This document shows positions 28,797 through 39,719 of a stretch of DNA of 64,000 nt, one piece after another (the stretch's first letter is position 1; each line of letters opens with the position of its first letter). Origin of the DNA: Nostoc sp. DedSLP01 (GTDB lineage Bacteria; Cyanobacteriota; Cyanobacteriia; Cyanobacteriales; Nostocaceae); contig JAVRCJ020000026.1 in NCBI GenBank assembly GCA_034530875.2, forward strand, positions 1 through 64,000, in the 5' to 3' direction. Made by a program: the position numbers and the translations under genes. The notes under the pieces are model-generated. The model made no database searches. It was not told where the DNA came from and saw only the letters and a list, made by a program, of their open reading frames with translations.

Positions 28797-31118
28797 ATGA
28801 GCCAGTTTGAAGAGAACACTGCCCAAGCTACTGCTCTGACTAACCACGATCGCAAACCTATTTATAGACCTGGCTCTATTCAACCTCATGGCGTACTCCT
28901 AGCACTCAATACCCAGCTAGAGATAGTACAAGTCAGTAATAATACCCAACAATACTTGGGTAAAGAGCCAGAAGACTTGCTCGGTCAACCCCTCGGCTAT
29001 TTGCTTGACGCCAAAAAAGTGGAAGCTGTTAAGCAGTGCTTGGCAAAAAAAATTGGTAGTTGTAGTGCATTTAAAGTATTAATCAACACTGCCAATGAGC
29101 AACGATATTTTGACGCTATTGTTCATCGCACAGAAGAGGCTGTAATTGTCGAGCTACAACCAAAAGACTCAGAATCGGAGTTGAGTTTCTTGGGCTTTCA
29201 TGAATTGGCAGGTGAAGCGATCGCCAAAATGCAAAGCACATCGAATCTGATAGAATTTTTGCACGTTGCAGCACAGAAACTCCAAGAAATCACTGGTTTC
29301 GATCGCGTAATGGTCTATCAATTTGGCGAGTCTGAAGCGGGTTCTGTGGTTGCAGAAGTCAAACGAGAAGATTTATCACCTTATTTAGGACTTCACTATC
29401 CCGCTACAGATATTCCCGCACCAGCTAGGGAATTATACACACGCTCGTTGGTACGATTCATACCAGATTTGACTGCCGAACCCGTGAAGTTAGTTTCCAC
29501 AGAAGATTCTACAACCGATTGGCATCTTGACTTAAGGTACTCTCTGCTACGGAGTTTCGATTCCTGTTGTATTGAATATCATCAAAACATGGGAGTGACG
29601 GCTCTGTTGGTGATTTCGCTGATTCAAGAGCAAAAGCTTTGGGGATTAATATCTTGCCATCATCAAACACCGAAGTATATTCCTTACGAAGTGCTGAAGA
29701 TGTGCGAATTTTTGGCACAGATTGTTTCTTCAGAATTAGCGCACAAAATTAGTCACTCGGAATGGGACTATGAAGTAAAGCTCAAATCGTTACAGTCTGA
29801 ATTTCTCCAGTCGATTTCTCAAGCAGACAATTTTATCGATGCTCTCATCAAACCTGAAATCCGTTTGTTGGATCTTGTCAGCGCCTCAGGAGCAGCGATT
29901 TGTCTGGATAATGAAGTTACCCTCGTGGGAGCAACACCAAATATTAACCAAGTGCGGGCGCTGATTGAATGGGCGGATACTCAAGTTCATGACAACTTGT
30001 TTTCCACAGATTCTTTGCCCAAGCTTTACCCAGAAGCATTAGTATTTAAAGATACTGCTAGCGGCTTGCTGCTGCTGCGGATTTCTCAAATCCAACGCTA
30101 TTACATCCTTTGGTTTCGTCCTGAAGTTATCCAAACGGTAAACTGGGCAGGTAATCCCAACGAATCGATTCAAGCTCAGGCAGACGGTAGTCTGACTTTT
30201 TCTGTGCGAAAATCTTTTGCAGCTTGGCAAGAAACAGTGAGATTAACTTCTTTACCTTGGAGGGCGTGCGAACTTGAGAGTGCTGTGAGTTTGAGAAATG
30301 CGATCGTTGGTATTGTACTCTCCAAGGCTGATGAGTTAGCCAAAATTAATTTGGAGTTAGAACGCAGCAATAAAGAACTAGCCTCATTTGCCTACGCTGC
30401 TTCCCATGACCTCAAGGAACCTTTACGAGGGATTTATAATTTTTCGACGGTACTTTTAGAAGACTATGCCCAAATATTAGATAATGACGGGGTTGAATCT
30501 TTGCAGACGGTAGTTTCCTTGTCTGTACGCATGGAAACATTGATTAACGCTTTGCTGCGACTCTCTCAGTTAGGACAAGCACAATTACGAGAGCAAGCAA
30601 CAGACCTCCACGAATTAATCGCTCAAGTCATTGAAGTCTTTAATGCTAGTCGCCAAGACTCCGGGCTTATGGACATTCGCATTCCTCGACCTTTACCCAT
30701 AGTTCAGTGCGATCGCGTTCTTGTCAATGAAGTCTTCAGTAACCTAATTGTTAACGCCTTTAAATACAACGATAAAGCCGAAAAATGGGTAGAGATTGGC
30801 TACTTAGATGAGGAACTGGGGACTAGGGACTGGGGACTAGGAAAGAGTTTTGTTAACCCAGTCCCCAATCACCAGTCACCAGTCCCCAATCCCCAATACC
30901 CAATCTTCTACATTCGCGATAACGGAATTGGAATTCCAGAACATCATCTAGAAACTATCTTTCGCCTATTTAAGCGCCTGCACTCCCAAGAAAAATACGG
31001 CGGAGGAGCAGGTGCAGGGCTAGCTATTGTTAAGAAAATAATCGAGCTGCACAACGGTAAAATTTGGGTTGAGTCTACTATCGGCGTTGGCTCGATATTC
31101 TATTTTACGCTCGGATAG
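28797..31118 (+). CDS. Phytochrome-like PAS-GAF-PHY histidine kinase
   Basis: PGSIQPHG, GFDRVMVY, HYPATDIP, LWGLISCHH, WFRPE, SHDLKEPLR and HATPase G-boxes. Confidence 0.92.
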   Translation: MSQFEENTAQATALTNHDRKPIYRPGSIQPHGVLLALNTQLEIVQVSNNTQQYLGKEPEDLLGQPLGYLLDAKKVEAVKQCLAKKIGSCSAFKVLINTANEQRYFDAIVHRTEEAVIVELQPKDSESELSFLGFHELAGEAIAKMQSTSNLIEFLHVAAQKLQEITGFDRVMVYQFGESEAGSVVAEVKREDLSPYLGLHYPATDIPAPARELYTRSLVRFIPDLTAEPVKLVSTEDSTTDWHLDLRYSLLRSFDSCCIEYHQNMGVTALLVISLIQEQKLWGLISCHHQTPKYIPYEVLKMCEFLAQIVSSELAHKISHSEWDYEVKLKSLQSEFLQSISQADNFIDALIKPEIRLLDLVSASGAAICLDNEVTLVGATPNINQVRALIEWADTQVHDNLFSTDSLPKLYPEALVFKDTASGLLLLRISQIQRYYILWFRPEVIQTVNWAGNPNESIQAQADGSLTFSVRKSFAAWQETVRLTSLPWRACELESAVSLRNAIVGIVLSKADELAKINLELERSNKELASFAYAASHDLKEPLRGIYNFSTVLLEDYAQILDNDGVESLQTVVSLSVRMETLINALLRLSQLGQAQLREQATDLHELIAQVIEVFNASRQDSGLMDIRIPRPLPIVQCDRVLVNEVFSNLIVNAFKYNDKAEKWVEIGYLDEELGTRDWGLGKSFVNPVPNHQSPVPNPQYPIFYIRDNGIGIPEHHLETIFRLFKRLHSQEKYGGGAGAGLAIVKKIIELHNGKIWVESTIGVGSIFYFTLG

Positions 31119-31170
31119 TTTAAGATAGTTTCCAAATATATATTTTTGTTAAGTTCTTTTAAGACCGCGA

Positions 31171-31644
31171 ATGATAAAAAAACTTCATGAACCTCTGCTC
31201 GTTGTTGAGGACAGCAATGAAGATTTTCGGATGCTACAACGTCTGATGCGGCGTATGTCCGTGCAGAACCCCATCCATCGTTGTACTAGCGGGGATGAGG
31301 TTTTAGAGTTCCTCTATCGACAAAGGAGCGATACCTATGGTGAGGACGATGAGCTACGCAAATCTCAACTAACACTACGACCTTCTGTTATCTTGCTCGA
31401 TCTAAATTTGCCAGGGATTGATGGGCGTGACATCTTAGACCGACTCAAACAAGACAAGACTTTTAAGGAAATCCCCGTCGTTGTTTTTACAACATCATCT
31501 AACCCCAAAGATATTGAATTGTGCTACCAAAAGGGTGCAAATGGATATCTGGTAAAGCCGATGGATGCTCAAGAACTAAAAAAGACGATTCAGGCATTTG
31601 TGGACTATTGGCTTGAAGCGAATACGCCGCCTGTCTTGGATTAG
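31171..31644 (+). CDS. Rcp-type single-domain response regulator
   Basis: VVEDS, LLDLNLPGIDG, FTTSS, YLVKP and FVDYW; follows the phytochrome. Confidence 0.9.
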   Translation: MIKKLHEPLLVVEDSNEDFRMLQRLMRRMSVQNPIHRCTSGDEVLEFLYRQRSDTYGEDDELRKSQLTLRPSVILLDLNLPGIDGRDILDRLKQDKTFKEIPVVVFTTSSNPKDIELCYQKGANGYLVKPMDAQELKKTIQAFVDYWLEANTPPVLD

Positions 31645-31937
31645 TTTGTTGATTTGTTGCTGATGAGGCACTAGGAACAAAGGGATAACAAAAAAGACGA
31701 CTTAGAGGGCACACAGGCATTCTTGTCTTTGGGTCACTGCGTTCGCTTGTCTGTCTTTGATTGGTTTTCCCCATTTTCCTGTCTTTCTTGCTGCCTTCTA
31801 GTACTTGCGATCGCTTTAGGTTTGGTAAAGAATTAAGATTTTATTTATATTTATTTTATATTATTTTTAGAATTATGCAATAGAAACACAATCAGGAAAA
31901 AAGGGATCTACATGGCTCCCCAATCCTCATACTTAAT

Positions 31938-33761
31938 ATGTTGGACACATGGACGCTACTCATCATCGATGATTGTGCAGCAGATCGAAAAATCTATCGT
32001 CGATATCTCTTAAAAGATCCGCACCAGTCCTATCAGATTTTAGAGGCTGACTGTGCAGAAGAAGGATTCGCCTTGTGTCAAAAAACACACTGCGATGTGA
32101 TTCTGCTCGATTATTGTCTGCCCGATCGAAGTGGATTAGAGCTTTTCGATCGGATGCAGGAGGAAATATTTCAGACTTCTGTACCTGTAATTATGTTGAC
32201 AGGGCGCGGTGATGAAGAAGTTGCTGTACAAGCAATGAAACGAGGTGCCCTGGATTATTTAGTCAAGCAACATCTGACACAAGATGTACTGCAACTAGCA
32301 GTCCGCAATGCCATCAAGCAATTGTGCTTACAAGCTCAACTCAGTAAAACTCAGGAGCGACAGCGTTTAATTGCGACAACTGCTTTGAGAATTCGCCAGT
32401 CTCTCGACCTAGAGCAAATTTTGAATACGGCTGTAGCGGAGGTGCAGCAACTTCTAAAGTGCGATCGCGTGATGGTATATCAATTCGCACAAGATAAAGA
32501 AGGTAAGATAGTTGCCTCCTCAGTTGAACCATACCGGACTGTAGCTGTGTGCGATGGCTTAGGGACTGGGGACAAAGAGGACACGGGGACGCGGGGACAC
32601 GGAGAGGAGTCTGAGCGGCGGCTTCCGCTGCTCAGAACTTCGGGGGACACGGAGAATTTTTTCCCTGCATCAGTGCGTCTGCCGATGGCCGTGTCTTCTC
32701 CTTTCACTGCGTCCCCACGTCCCCGCGTCCCCGCGTCTTATTTCCAACCCCCAATCCCTAATCCCCAATCCCCAATCCCTCAAATATACGAGCTTGGCTT
32801 GTGTAATTGTCTGAGCCTGAGAGAGCAATTTAACACTAAATCAAATTTGGTGGTTCCGATTAATCTCAGCAACAATGGCAACCCAACTCCTAAGCTTTGG
32901 GGTTTGTTGATTGCTCACCATAATTCTTACGAACGACAGTGGCAAGCTGATGATGCCCTGATGCTGAATGAAGTATCGGTACAACTAGCCATCGCCATCC
33001 AACAAGCGGAATTGCTAGCCCAAACTCAAGCAGCCCTGGCTAAAGAAAAGCAACTCAATGCATTTAAATCCAAAATTATTGGCACGGTTTCCCATGAGTA
33101 CCGAACGCCCTTAACTTCAATTTTGGCTGCTGCATCAACTTTAGTAAAACATAGCCAGCAACTTGATGAATCGAAACAGCAGAAATTTTTGGGAATTATC
33201 GAACACAAAGCCAGGTATATGTCCAAACTCGTGGATAATATGCTTTTGGTGAATCAATTTGAAGCCGAAAAACCGAAACTCAAGCCAATACCGCTTGATT
33301 TATTACAATTTTTTTCCGATTTGATAGAACAAGAACGAGAACTAGCAGGCGATCGCCACGAATTGATTTTCAAGATTACTGGAAATTATCATGACTTTTG
33401 GGGCGATCGCGGACTTTTACAGCAAATTTTTAGTAATTTAATATCTAATGCAATTAAGTATTCTCCAGATGGAGGTAATGTAGAGTTACATCTAATTGGT
33501 AAAGAATCAGAAATCATTTTTTACATCCAAGATGAAGGAATTGGTATCCCACTCGCCGACCAAGGAAATTTATTTCAATCTTTCAGTCGTGCAAGTAACG
33601 TTGATACAATTCCTGGCACGGGTTTAGGGCTGGCGATCGTCAAAGCTTGCGTCGAGTTACATGGCGGTAATATCAGTTTATCCAGTCAAGTAGGACAAGG
33701 AACTAAAGTTACAGTTACCTTACCAAAGGTATTTTCCCTTGGTCAAATATCACCATCGTAA
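31938..33761 (+). CDS. Hybrid REC-GAF-histidine kinase
   Basis: IIDD/LLDY receiver, GAF with a repeat-derived insertion, SHEYRTPL, GTGLGL. Confidence 0.9.
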   Translation: MLDTWTLLIIDDCAADRKIYRRYLLKDPHQSYQILEADCAEEGFALCQKTHCDVILLDYCLPDRSGLELFDRMQEEIFQTSVPVIMLTGRGDEEVAVQAMKRGALDYLVKQHLTQDVLQLAVRNAIKQLCLQAQLSKTQERQRLIATTALRIRQSLDLEQILNTAVAEVQQLLKCDRVMVYQFAQDKEGKIVASSVEPYRTVAVCDGLGTGDKEDTGTRGHGEESERRLPLLRTSGDTENFFPASVRLPMAVSSPFTASPRPRVPASYFQPPIPNPQSPIPQIYELGLCNCLSLREQFNTKSNLVVPINLSNNGNPTPKLWGLLIAHHNSYERQWQADDALMLNEVSVQLAIAIQQAELLAQTQAALAKEKQLNAFKSKIIGTVSHEYRTPLTSILAAASTLVKHSQQLDESKQQKFLGIIEHKARYMSKLVDNMLLVNQFEAEKPKLKPIPLDLLQFFSDLIEQERELAGDRHELIFKITGNYHDFWGDRGLLQQIFSNLISNAIKYSPDGGNVELHLIGKESEIIFYIQDEGIGIPLADQGNLFQSFSRASNVDTIPGTGLGLAIVKACVELHGGNISLSSQVGQGTKVTVTLPKVFSLGQISPS

Positions 33762-33800
33762 GAATTCGGGATTGAAATTCACGATCGGATTTTGTAATTT

Positions 33801-34319
33801 TTAATCTCGAATTTCGATTTTATTAATTAGCCATTCTTGTTTTGTTTTTCCACAAGGTTCAGCACTTTGACAATCATTGACATTTTCGAGATCGTAAAAT
33901 AAATTTACATTCTTGTTGACGTATTTATCTGGTTCGCAAACATCAAAGGTTGCACCAATACTTTCATATAATTTGCCATTGCGATCGGCAAGAGTGACAT
34001 AGCATTTTAAGTCCCCATTTTGCATGTCTTTGATAGTGCCAAAAGAGGGATTATCATTTTTAATAGCTGTCTGTTCGGATGCTACGGAATTATTAGTTGG
34101 TTTTTGATTATCGAGATTTGCTTTATTTGCTGAAGTAGATTTAGAATTACTTTGGTTCGTTATTGCTGTATTTTCATGTTGAGATTGATTTTGTTGAGAA
34201 GCACTCTTCCCAGATTCATCGCAACTCACAATTAAAATAGAGCAAAGAAGAAATGTAGTAGTGAAGATTGTTTTTTTTATTTGATTGATGTTCGTAAAAT
34301 TGCAATAGCGCTGACTCAT
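33801..34319 (-). CDS. Hypothetical lipoprotein
   Basis: Lipobox-like IVSC, low-complexity linker, Cys-containing C-terminal domain. Confidence 0.65.
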   Translation of the reverse strand: MSQRYCNFTNINQIKKTIFTTTFLLCSILIVSCDESGKSASQQNQSQHENTAITNQSNSKSTSANKANLDNQKPTNNSVASEQTAIKNDNPSFGTIKDMQNGDLKCYVTLADRNGKLYESIGATFDVCEPDKYVNKNVNLFYDLENVNDCQSAEPCGKTKQEWLINKIEIRD

Positions 34320-34556
34320 GATATAATAAGGGGTTTTAATATTAAGATAAGCAATTTTTAGGTTAGCACAGCTGTGTTACCCTAGCTTGTACGCGACTAA
34401 AATCAGAAGTTGGTATCTGAATTTTCTCTATTTATAGTTTTATGTATTTAAACTTATAAATGGCAACCTGATATTTGCGGATAAGACTCGGCTCGATCTC
34501 AGGTTTTTATATCTTCTTCAGATAAATAAACTTTAAAAAATGGAAGTATTGATTTT

Positions 34557-35441
34557 GTGTTACTTCAAGGTTTTCTCAACTTAAACAAACCATTCGACTG
34601 GACTTCCCACGACTGTGTGGCGCGAGTGCGAAAATTGCTGCGCCTCAAACGTGTGGGACATGCAGGAACTCTAGACCCAGCAGCTACCGGAGTGTTACCC
34701 ATCGCCTTTGGTAAGGCTACAAGACTATTACAATATCTACCAGAAAATAAAGCTTATAAAGCTACCATTCGCCTGGGGGTGCGTACCACAACCGATGATT
34801 TACAAGGCGAAATTATTAATTCTCAAGCTTGTGCTGGATTGAGTTTGGCACAAGTGAAAACTGCGCTATCAAAATTTGAAGGCAAAATAGAGCAAATACC
34901 GCCAAGTTACAGCGCAATTCAAGTGGATGGAAAACGTCTCTACGACTTAGCGCGTCAAGGTAAAACGGTGGACGTTCCAGTGCGGACAGTGGAAGTTTTT
35001 CATATAGAAATTTTGGACTGGCGCGAAGGAGATTTTCCAGAATTGGATGTGGCGATCGCCTGTGGCAGTGGTACATATATAAGAGCGATCGCTCGTGACT
35101 TGGGTGCAATTTTAGAAACTGGTGGCACCCTTGCAGCTTTAATTCGTACCGAAAGTAGTGGTTTCCATTTAAGCGATAGTCTCACGTTGACAGACTTGGA
35201 AACACAACTGCAAACCGGAACATTTCAACCCGTTTCTGTTGATGCAGCTTTACAACATTTATCATCTGTGACTTTACCGCCAACATCTGCTAAAAAATGG
35301 TGTCAAGGTCAGCGAATTTCTCTAACTTTTGATGTTGCTAAAATTGTGCGAGTTTATGATGAAGAGAATAGATTTTTAGGTGTTGGGCAATTACAAGATG
35401 AAGCGTTGATTCCCCAAATGGTTTTTGAACCGATTTCTTAA
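34557..35441 (+). CDS. truB: tRNA pseudouridine(55) synthase
   Basis: [21 protein letters not shown] and CGSGTYIR motifs. Confidence 0.97.
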   Translation: MLLQGFLNLNKPFDWTSHDCVARVRKLLRLKRVGHAGTLDPAATGVLPIAFGKATRLLQYLPENKAYKATIRLGVRTTTDDLQGEIINSQACAGLSLAQVKTALSKFEGKIEQIPPSYSAIQVDGKRLYDLARQGKTVDVPVRTVEVFHIEILDWREGDFPELDVAIACGSGTYIRAIARDLGAILETGGTLAALIRTESSGFHLSDSLTLTDLETQLQTGTFQPVSVDAALQHLSSVTLPPTSAKKWCQGQRISLTFDVAKIVRVYDEENRFLGVGQLQDEALIPQMVFEPIS

Positions 35442-35456
35442 ACTAATTAAAAAGTG

Positions 35457-35557
35457 TATAGCAATCCTAAATGAGTTACAAATAAATCTACTCCCCACTC
35501 CCCATTCCCTACTCCCTCCCTCCACTAGTAGTTTAGAAATCAAATAGGATTGCTATA
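35457..35557. mobile_element. MITE-like element with 13-bp terminal inverted repeats
   Basis: TATAGCAATCCTA ... TAGGATTGCTATA enclosing STRR heptamers. Confidence 0.65.
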
Positions 35558-35595
35558 TAAGTTAGTTTTTAACTTCACTAAGTACAATTTGAGTA

Positions 35596-36453
35596 ATGAG
35601 CGATCGCCACATTTATAATACTGCTGCAAATCTTAACGTCTACATCCAAGGCCAAGGATTTCCCATCTTAGCCTTACACGGTCATCCTGGTTCTGGTCGC
35701 AGTCTTTCTGTGTTTACCAATCATTTATCAAAACGCTACCAAACTTTTGCCCCAGATTTACGTGGATACGGCAAAAGTCGCTGGAATGGAAATTTTGATA
35801 TGAATGACCATTTAACCGATTTAGAAGCGTTGCTAGACCACTTTAAAATTGAAAAGTGCCTAGTATTGGGATGGTCGCTTGGGGGTATTCTAGCAATGGA
35901 ATTGGCATTGCGTTTGCCACAGCGCATTACAGGTCTGATTTTGGTAGCGACAGCCGCAAAACCCCGTGGTAGCCATCCTCCCATCAGTTGGCAAGATAAT
36001 TTATATACTGGTGTTGCTGGTCTACTCAACTATATAAAACCGAGTTGGCAGTGGAATATTGAAACTTTTGGTAAGCGATCGCTTTTTCGCTACTTAATCC
36101 AACAACATACATCTACAAGTTATAGCTACATTGCCACCGAAGCAGTACCAGCGTATTTGCAAACCTCTCGTGCTGCTACTCGCGCCCTTTACAGCGCAAT
36201 TCAAGCAGGGTATGACAGGCTTTTAGACTTACCACAAATTCAATGTCCGAGTTTGGTGCTTGCTGGCGTCCAAGACCGTCACATTACTGTTGATTCCAGC
36301 TTGGAAACAGCCCGATACCTCAACAATTGTCAATGGCATTGCTACCCTAATACTGCTCATCTTTTTCCGTGGGAAGTTCCTCAACTGGTGCTAAATGATA
36401 TTGACCGTTGGCTCGAAGAATATCCCCAGGTAATAGGAAAGATGGCGCAGTGA
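35596..36453 (+). CDS. Alpha/beta fold hydrolase
   Basis: LHGHPG, DLRGYG, GWSLGG and AHLFPWE motifs. Confidence 0.9.
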   Translation: MSDRHIYNTAANLNVYIQGQGFPILALHGHPGSGRSLSVFTNHLSKRYQTFAPDLRGYGKSRWNGNFDMNDHLTDLEALLDHFKIEKCLVLGWSLGGILAMELALRLPQRITGLILVATAAKPRGSHPPISWQDNLYTGVAGLLNYIKPSWQWNIETFGKRSLFRYLIQQHTSTSYSYIATEAVPAYLQTSRAATRALYSAIQAGYDRLLDLPQIQCPSLVLAGVQDRHITVDSSLETARYLNNCQWHCYPNTAHLFPWEVPQLVLNDIDRWLEEYPQVIGKMAQ

Positions 36454-36659
36454 AAGAGGAGATGTGAAGCAGGGAAAGAAGATGCGAATCAGAGGAGATT
36501 CGCTAATGTGGTCAAAGAAGACACGAATAAGGGGAAACGCGGTGACATGGTGAAAAAATTCTCGGTGTTCCCATGCCCCCGCGTTTTCATATTCCTACAT
36601 CGTCGCATTTTTGCATAGCCGCATCTTTGCGTCCCTGTGTCCTCTTAATTCTGCCTAAA

Positions 36660-36962
36660 TTAAATTTGACCGCCAAAGGCAGGCTGTACTTTGCGGTCAA
36701 ATCTTTCCCCCAAGTCATCAGCAATTGTTAAATTACTGGGTTTGCAACGTTTGATGTTTACAACAATTCCTTGCGCTCCTTCGATTTCCAAGTCTTCGAT
36801 GTATCCACTGCTGGCTAATCTTGCTTCGGAAGAACTCAGAAATGGGCCGAAGTAGTAGGTGCAACGGGGATTCTGGGTTACAATTTCTACCCACCAAGCC
36901 AAGCCGAGGTAGTCGAACGTGTTAATCAACCCTTCCTTGAGAGTATGCCAAATGGTTTTCAT
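36660..36962 (-). CDS. DUF1816 family protein
   Basis: AWWVEIVT.NPRCTYYFGPF and GYIEDL motifs. Confidence 0.85.
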   Translation of the reverse strand: MKTIWHTLKEGLINTFDYLGLAWWVEIVTQNPRCTYYFGPFLSSSEARLASSGYIEDLEIEGAQGIVVNIKRCKPSNLTIADDLGERFDRKVQPAFGGQI

Positions 36963-37048
36963 GGTTTTCGCCGATTAATAAACGTGCTACAGGGTGTTAA
37001 AGGATATGTTACTTGATTTTCATTTACATTTCTTTATACTCTTTTACG

Positions 37049-38026
37049 CTATTTTTTCAAAGAGATTTTTTGTAATTTATCTAAATGCAGCGTATTTAGC
37101 GATCGCTGGCGATAAATTTCATAAAGTGCCATACCTGCTGCAACCGAAGCATTGAGGCTAGGAGTTTTGCCTTGTAAGGGAATTGATACTAATACATCAC
37201 AGGAGCGTTGAGTCAACATACTCAACCCTTCACCTTCAGAACCAATTACCAAAGCGATCGGGCCGCTAAAATTGACTGTGTGTAAGGGTTCGCTGCCAGT
37301 TGCAGCAGTACCGTAAATCCAAAACCCAGCTGTTTTTAATTCTTCTAAGGCGCGACTGAGGTTAACAACTCTGGCTACAGAAAAATTTTCTAAAGCACCT
37401 GCTGCAACTTTGACGACAGTAGAAGTGATCCCAGAAGCCCTTCTTTGGGGTATGACTAATCCTTGAGCGCCGATTGCTTCGGCAGTGCGAATAATTGCTC
37501 CCAAGTTGTGGGGATCGGTAATTCCATCAGCTACCACAATTACGGGATCGGTGACAGATTTTGCTTTTTCAATCAGATCCGGCAATTCGATATAGGCGTA
37601 GGGAGCAATTTGTGCCGCCACACCTTGATGATTAGATCCATTAGTGATTTGATCTAAGCGCTTGGGTTCAACTTCGTCAATAACTGTGCCATTTTCTTTG
37701 GCTTGCAACAGCAAATGGTGGAAGTTGGGATCGTAGCGCAGACGGCTAGTAATCCAGATGCGGTTGAGACCGCGCTGATTTTGCAACGCACTCAATACAG
37801 GATGACGGCCGTAGATTAAATCGCTCTCTTCTGCTGGTTTTGGGGATGGAGACGGGTGTGAGAAGTTATTATTTTGCGGGCGGGGGTTGCTAGAGATGGG
37901 GTTGATATCTATTTTTTTTCTGGGATTGCGAATCGGATTAGTAACAACACGCTTACCCTGAAGTTTTACTGGTTGCCCGCGATTAGGTTCGCTAGAAGTC
38001 TTGATTTTTCTGGGTTTATTGGACAT
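37049..38026 (-). CDS. rlmB: 23S rRNA (guanosine-2'-O)-methyltransferase RlmB
   Basis: [25 protein letters not shown] and SLNASVA SPOUT motifs. Confidence 0.95.
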   Translation of the reverse strand: MSNKPRKIKTSSEPNRGQPVKLQGKRVVTNPIRNPRKKIDINPISSNPRPQNNNFSHPSPSPKPAEESDLIYGRHPVLSALQNQRGLNRIWITSRLRYDPNFHHLLLQAKENGTVIDEVEPKRLDQITNGSNHQGVAAQIAPYAYIELPDLIEKAKSVTDPVIVVADGITDPHNLGAIIRTAEAIGAQGLVIPQRRASGITSTVVKVAAGALENFSVARVVNLSRALEELKTAGFWIYGTAATGSEPLHTVNFSGPIALVIGSEGEGLSMLTQRSCDVLVSIPLQGKTPSLNASVAAGMALYEIYRQRSLNTLHLDKLQKISLKK

Positions 38027-38122
38027 TTTAGTTTTAGGATATAGCTTAATAATGGGCATCCTGACGAGCTCGATTGACCAGACCTAATTTACTGTTTTGA
38101 TAATTGTGAAATTGAGTTCTCA

Positions 38123-38650
38123 CTATTTTTCAAGATGGAGTATTTCCAACAGTTCGGTTAGGCGCTGGTAATCGGTGAGATACAGGTAGCCAATTAACGT
38201 TTCTAGACTAGTTGCCTGTTGATAAATTTCGGGATCGAGACGCTTAGGCCGTCCTGTGGCAGCGTTTCGACCGCGGCGGACAATTTCTAATTCGGTCTCC
38301 CTCAGATGAGGAGTCAGCGATCGCAAATGTAGCGCTTGTGTTTCTGCTCTTACCTGTGCCACTACCAGACGATGGTAAGTATCTGGTCGCTGTAGAGGCA
38401 TCAGATAAAACATTCTAACATACACTTCATAAATTGCATCTCCCAAGTACGCTAAAGCTGTGGGAGAAATTTGTTGTACTTCTGAAAGAGAAATCTGTTG
38501 GGATAATGGCGCTGTGGTTAACAAGAGTGCTTGAGTCCAGGATAAACTCTGTTTGGGATCTTCATCTTGTCGAGCTAATAGCCCTTCCTCCTGTGAGTTC
38601 ACAAATAAATCATTCCTAACTCGGCTCAATTTGGCAGGCATTATTCGCAA
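38123..38650 (-). CDS. mrnC: Mini-ribonuclease III (true start probably downstream)
   Basis: LAYLGDAIYE, RRGRNA and YQQATSLETLIGYLYL motifs. Confidence 0.9.
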   Translation of the reverse strand: MRIMPAKLSRVRNDLFVNSQEEGLLARQDEDPKQSLSWTQALLLTTAPLSQQISLSEVQQISPTALAYLGDAIYEVYVRMFYLMPLQRPDTYHRLVVAQVRAETQALHLRSLTPHLRETELEIVRRGRNAATGRPKRLDPEIYQQATSLETLIGYLYLTDYQRLTELLEILHLEK

Positions 38651-39356
38651 AGAGAGATTTTTTTGAAGTATGCCACGATCGTCTACCTAGCATAATCAAC
38701 ACTATCAAAATTACTGACTAAATTTTATCTTTTTGATTAAAACTTCGCATTTTAGATTGCCCTGATGTCATCCTTCTCGCAACGGAATTTGGTGTATCGA
38801 TCGCTGTCTGCACCTTAAAATAAGATAAAATTTTGACATCCTAGCTTGCCTGAAAATTGACTATGTTGCCATGTTTGCCGACTAGGCAACGATCCTTAAG
38901 CATACAATACCAAGTAAAATTTAGATACAGATAAATCTGCTGACTTTGTATTTACTAAATCTTTACCTTGACTATAGTTTTATACAAAATACTCGCCAAC
39001 ACTTACACGATATTAAAGGTATTTGAAAAGTTTCTGATGATACACTAATGATTTAAATATACCCTTAATTTCCCTGAATAAGGGCGGCTTCGAGAATCTA
39101 ACTGTCTGTTTTTCAATGGTGATTCAGGGGATCGAGCTAAATATTTATACTTGTATACTTGACAAACATCCGCTAAAAATTGGCTGCCTGTAATTAATAT
39201 TGACGCTTAATCTTAGTCAGTTTTAAATATAAAAGTTCAACTGGCTTAGCGCCTCTCCCACAAGGAGAGAGGTTTTTGCCAGAAGTTTTATAAATTTAGC
39301 TACCCCGTGTTGAATGTGGATAGCTAAGCTCATCTCAAGAGGTCGAGCGATCGAGA

Positions 39357-39719
39357 CTACTTGACGTTTTCTAAAGCCTCTTCAACTGATTTTTGCAAAG
39401 AGAGAAACTTCTCTAGGCGAACAAGCTTGACCGTTTGAGTTACCCGGGCATTTGTGACAATTTGCAAAGTGCCATTAGCGTTTTGAGCTTTCTTGGCTGC
39501 CTGCACCAGAGCACCCAAGCCAGAGCTATCAATAAAATCGATTTGTGAGAGATCCAAAATAATATGCTTAGGACCTTCCTCAATCTTGCTCTCAAGTACC
39601 TTGCGAAATGTCGGCTCAGAAAAGGCATCTAACAAACCTGTGAGGCGGAATAGCTGACAGTTATCCCGGATTTCACGAGTGCCCCTCAGGCTCACGGTTA
39701 GATTCAGTGGCTCAGCAAT
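39357..39719 (-). CDS. STAS domain anti-sigma factor antagonist (probable ATT start at 39719)
   Basis: LDLSQIDFIDSSGLGALV motif; GAGGAGG RBS precedes ATT GCT GAG CCA. Confidence 0.9.
   Translation of the reverse strand: MAEPLNLTVSLRGTREIRDNCQLFRLTGLLDAFSEPTFRKVLESKIEEGPKHIILDLSQIDFIDSSGLGALVQAAKKAQNANGTLQIVTNARVTQTVKLVRLEKFLSLQKSVEEALENVK

Noticed and set aside
38651..39356. 700-bp ORF-free intergenic region as an ncRNA locus
   Set aside because: Only weak hairpins and no recognisable RNA family; it is compatible with promoter/UTR sequence.
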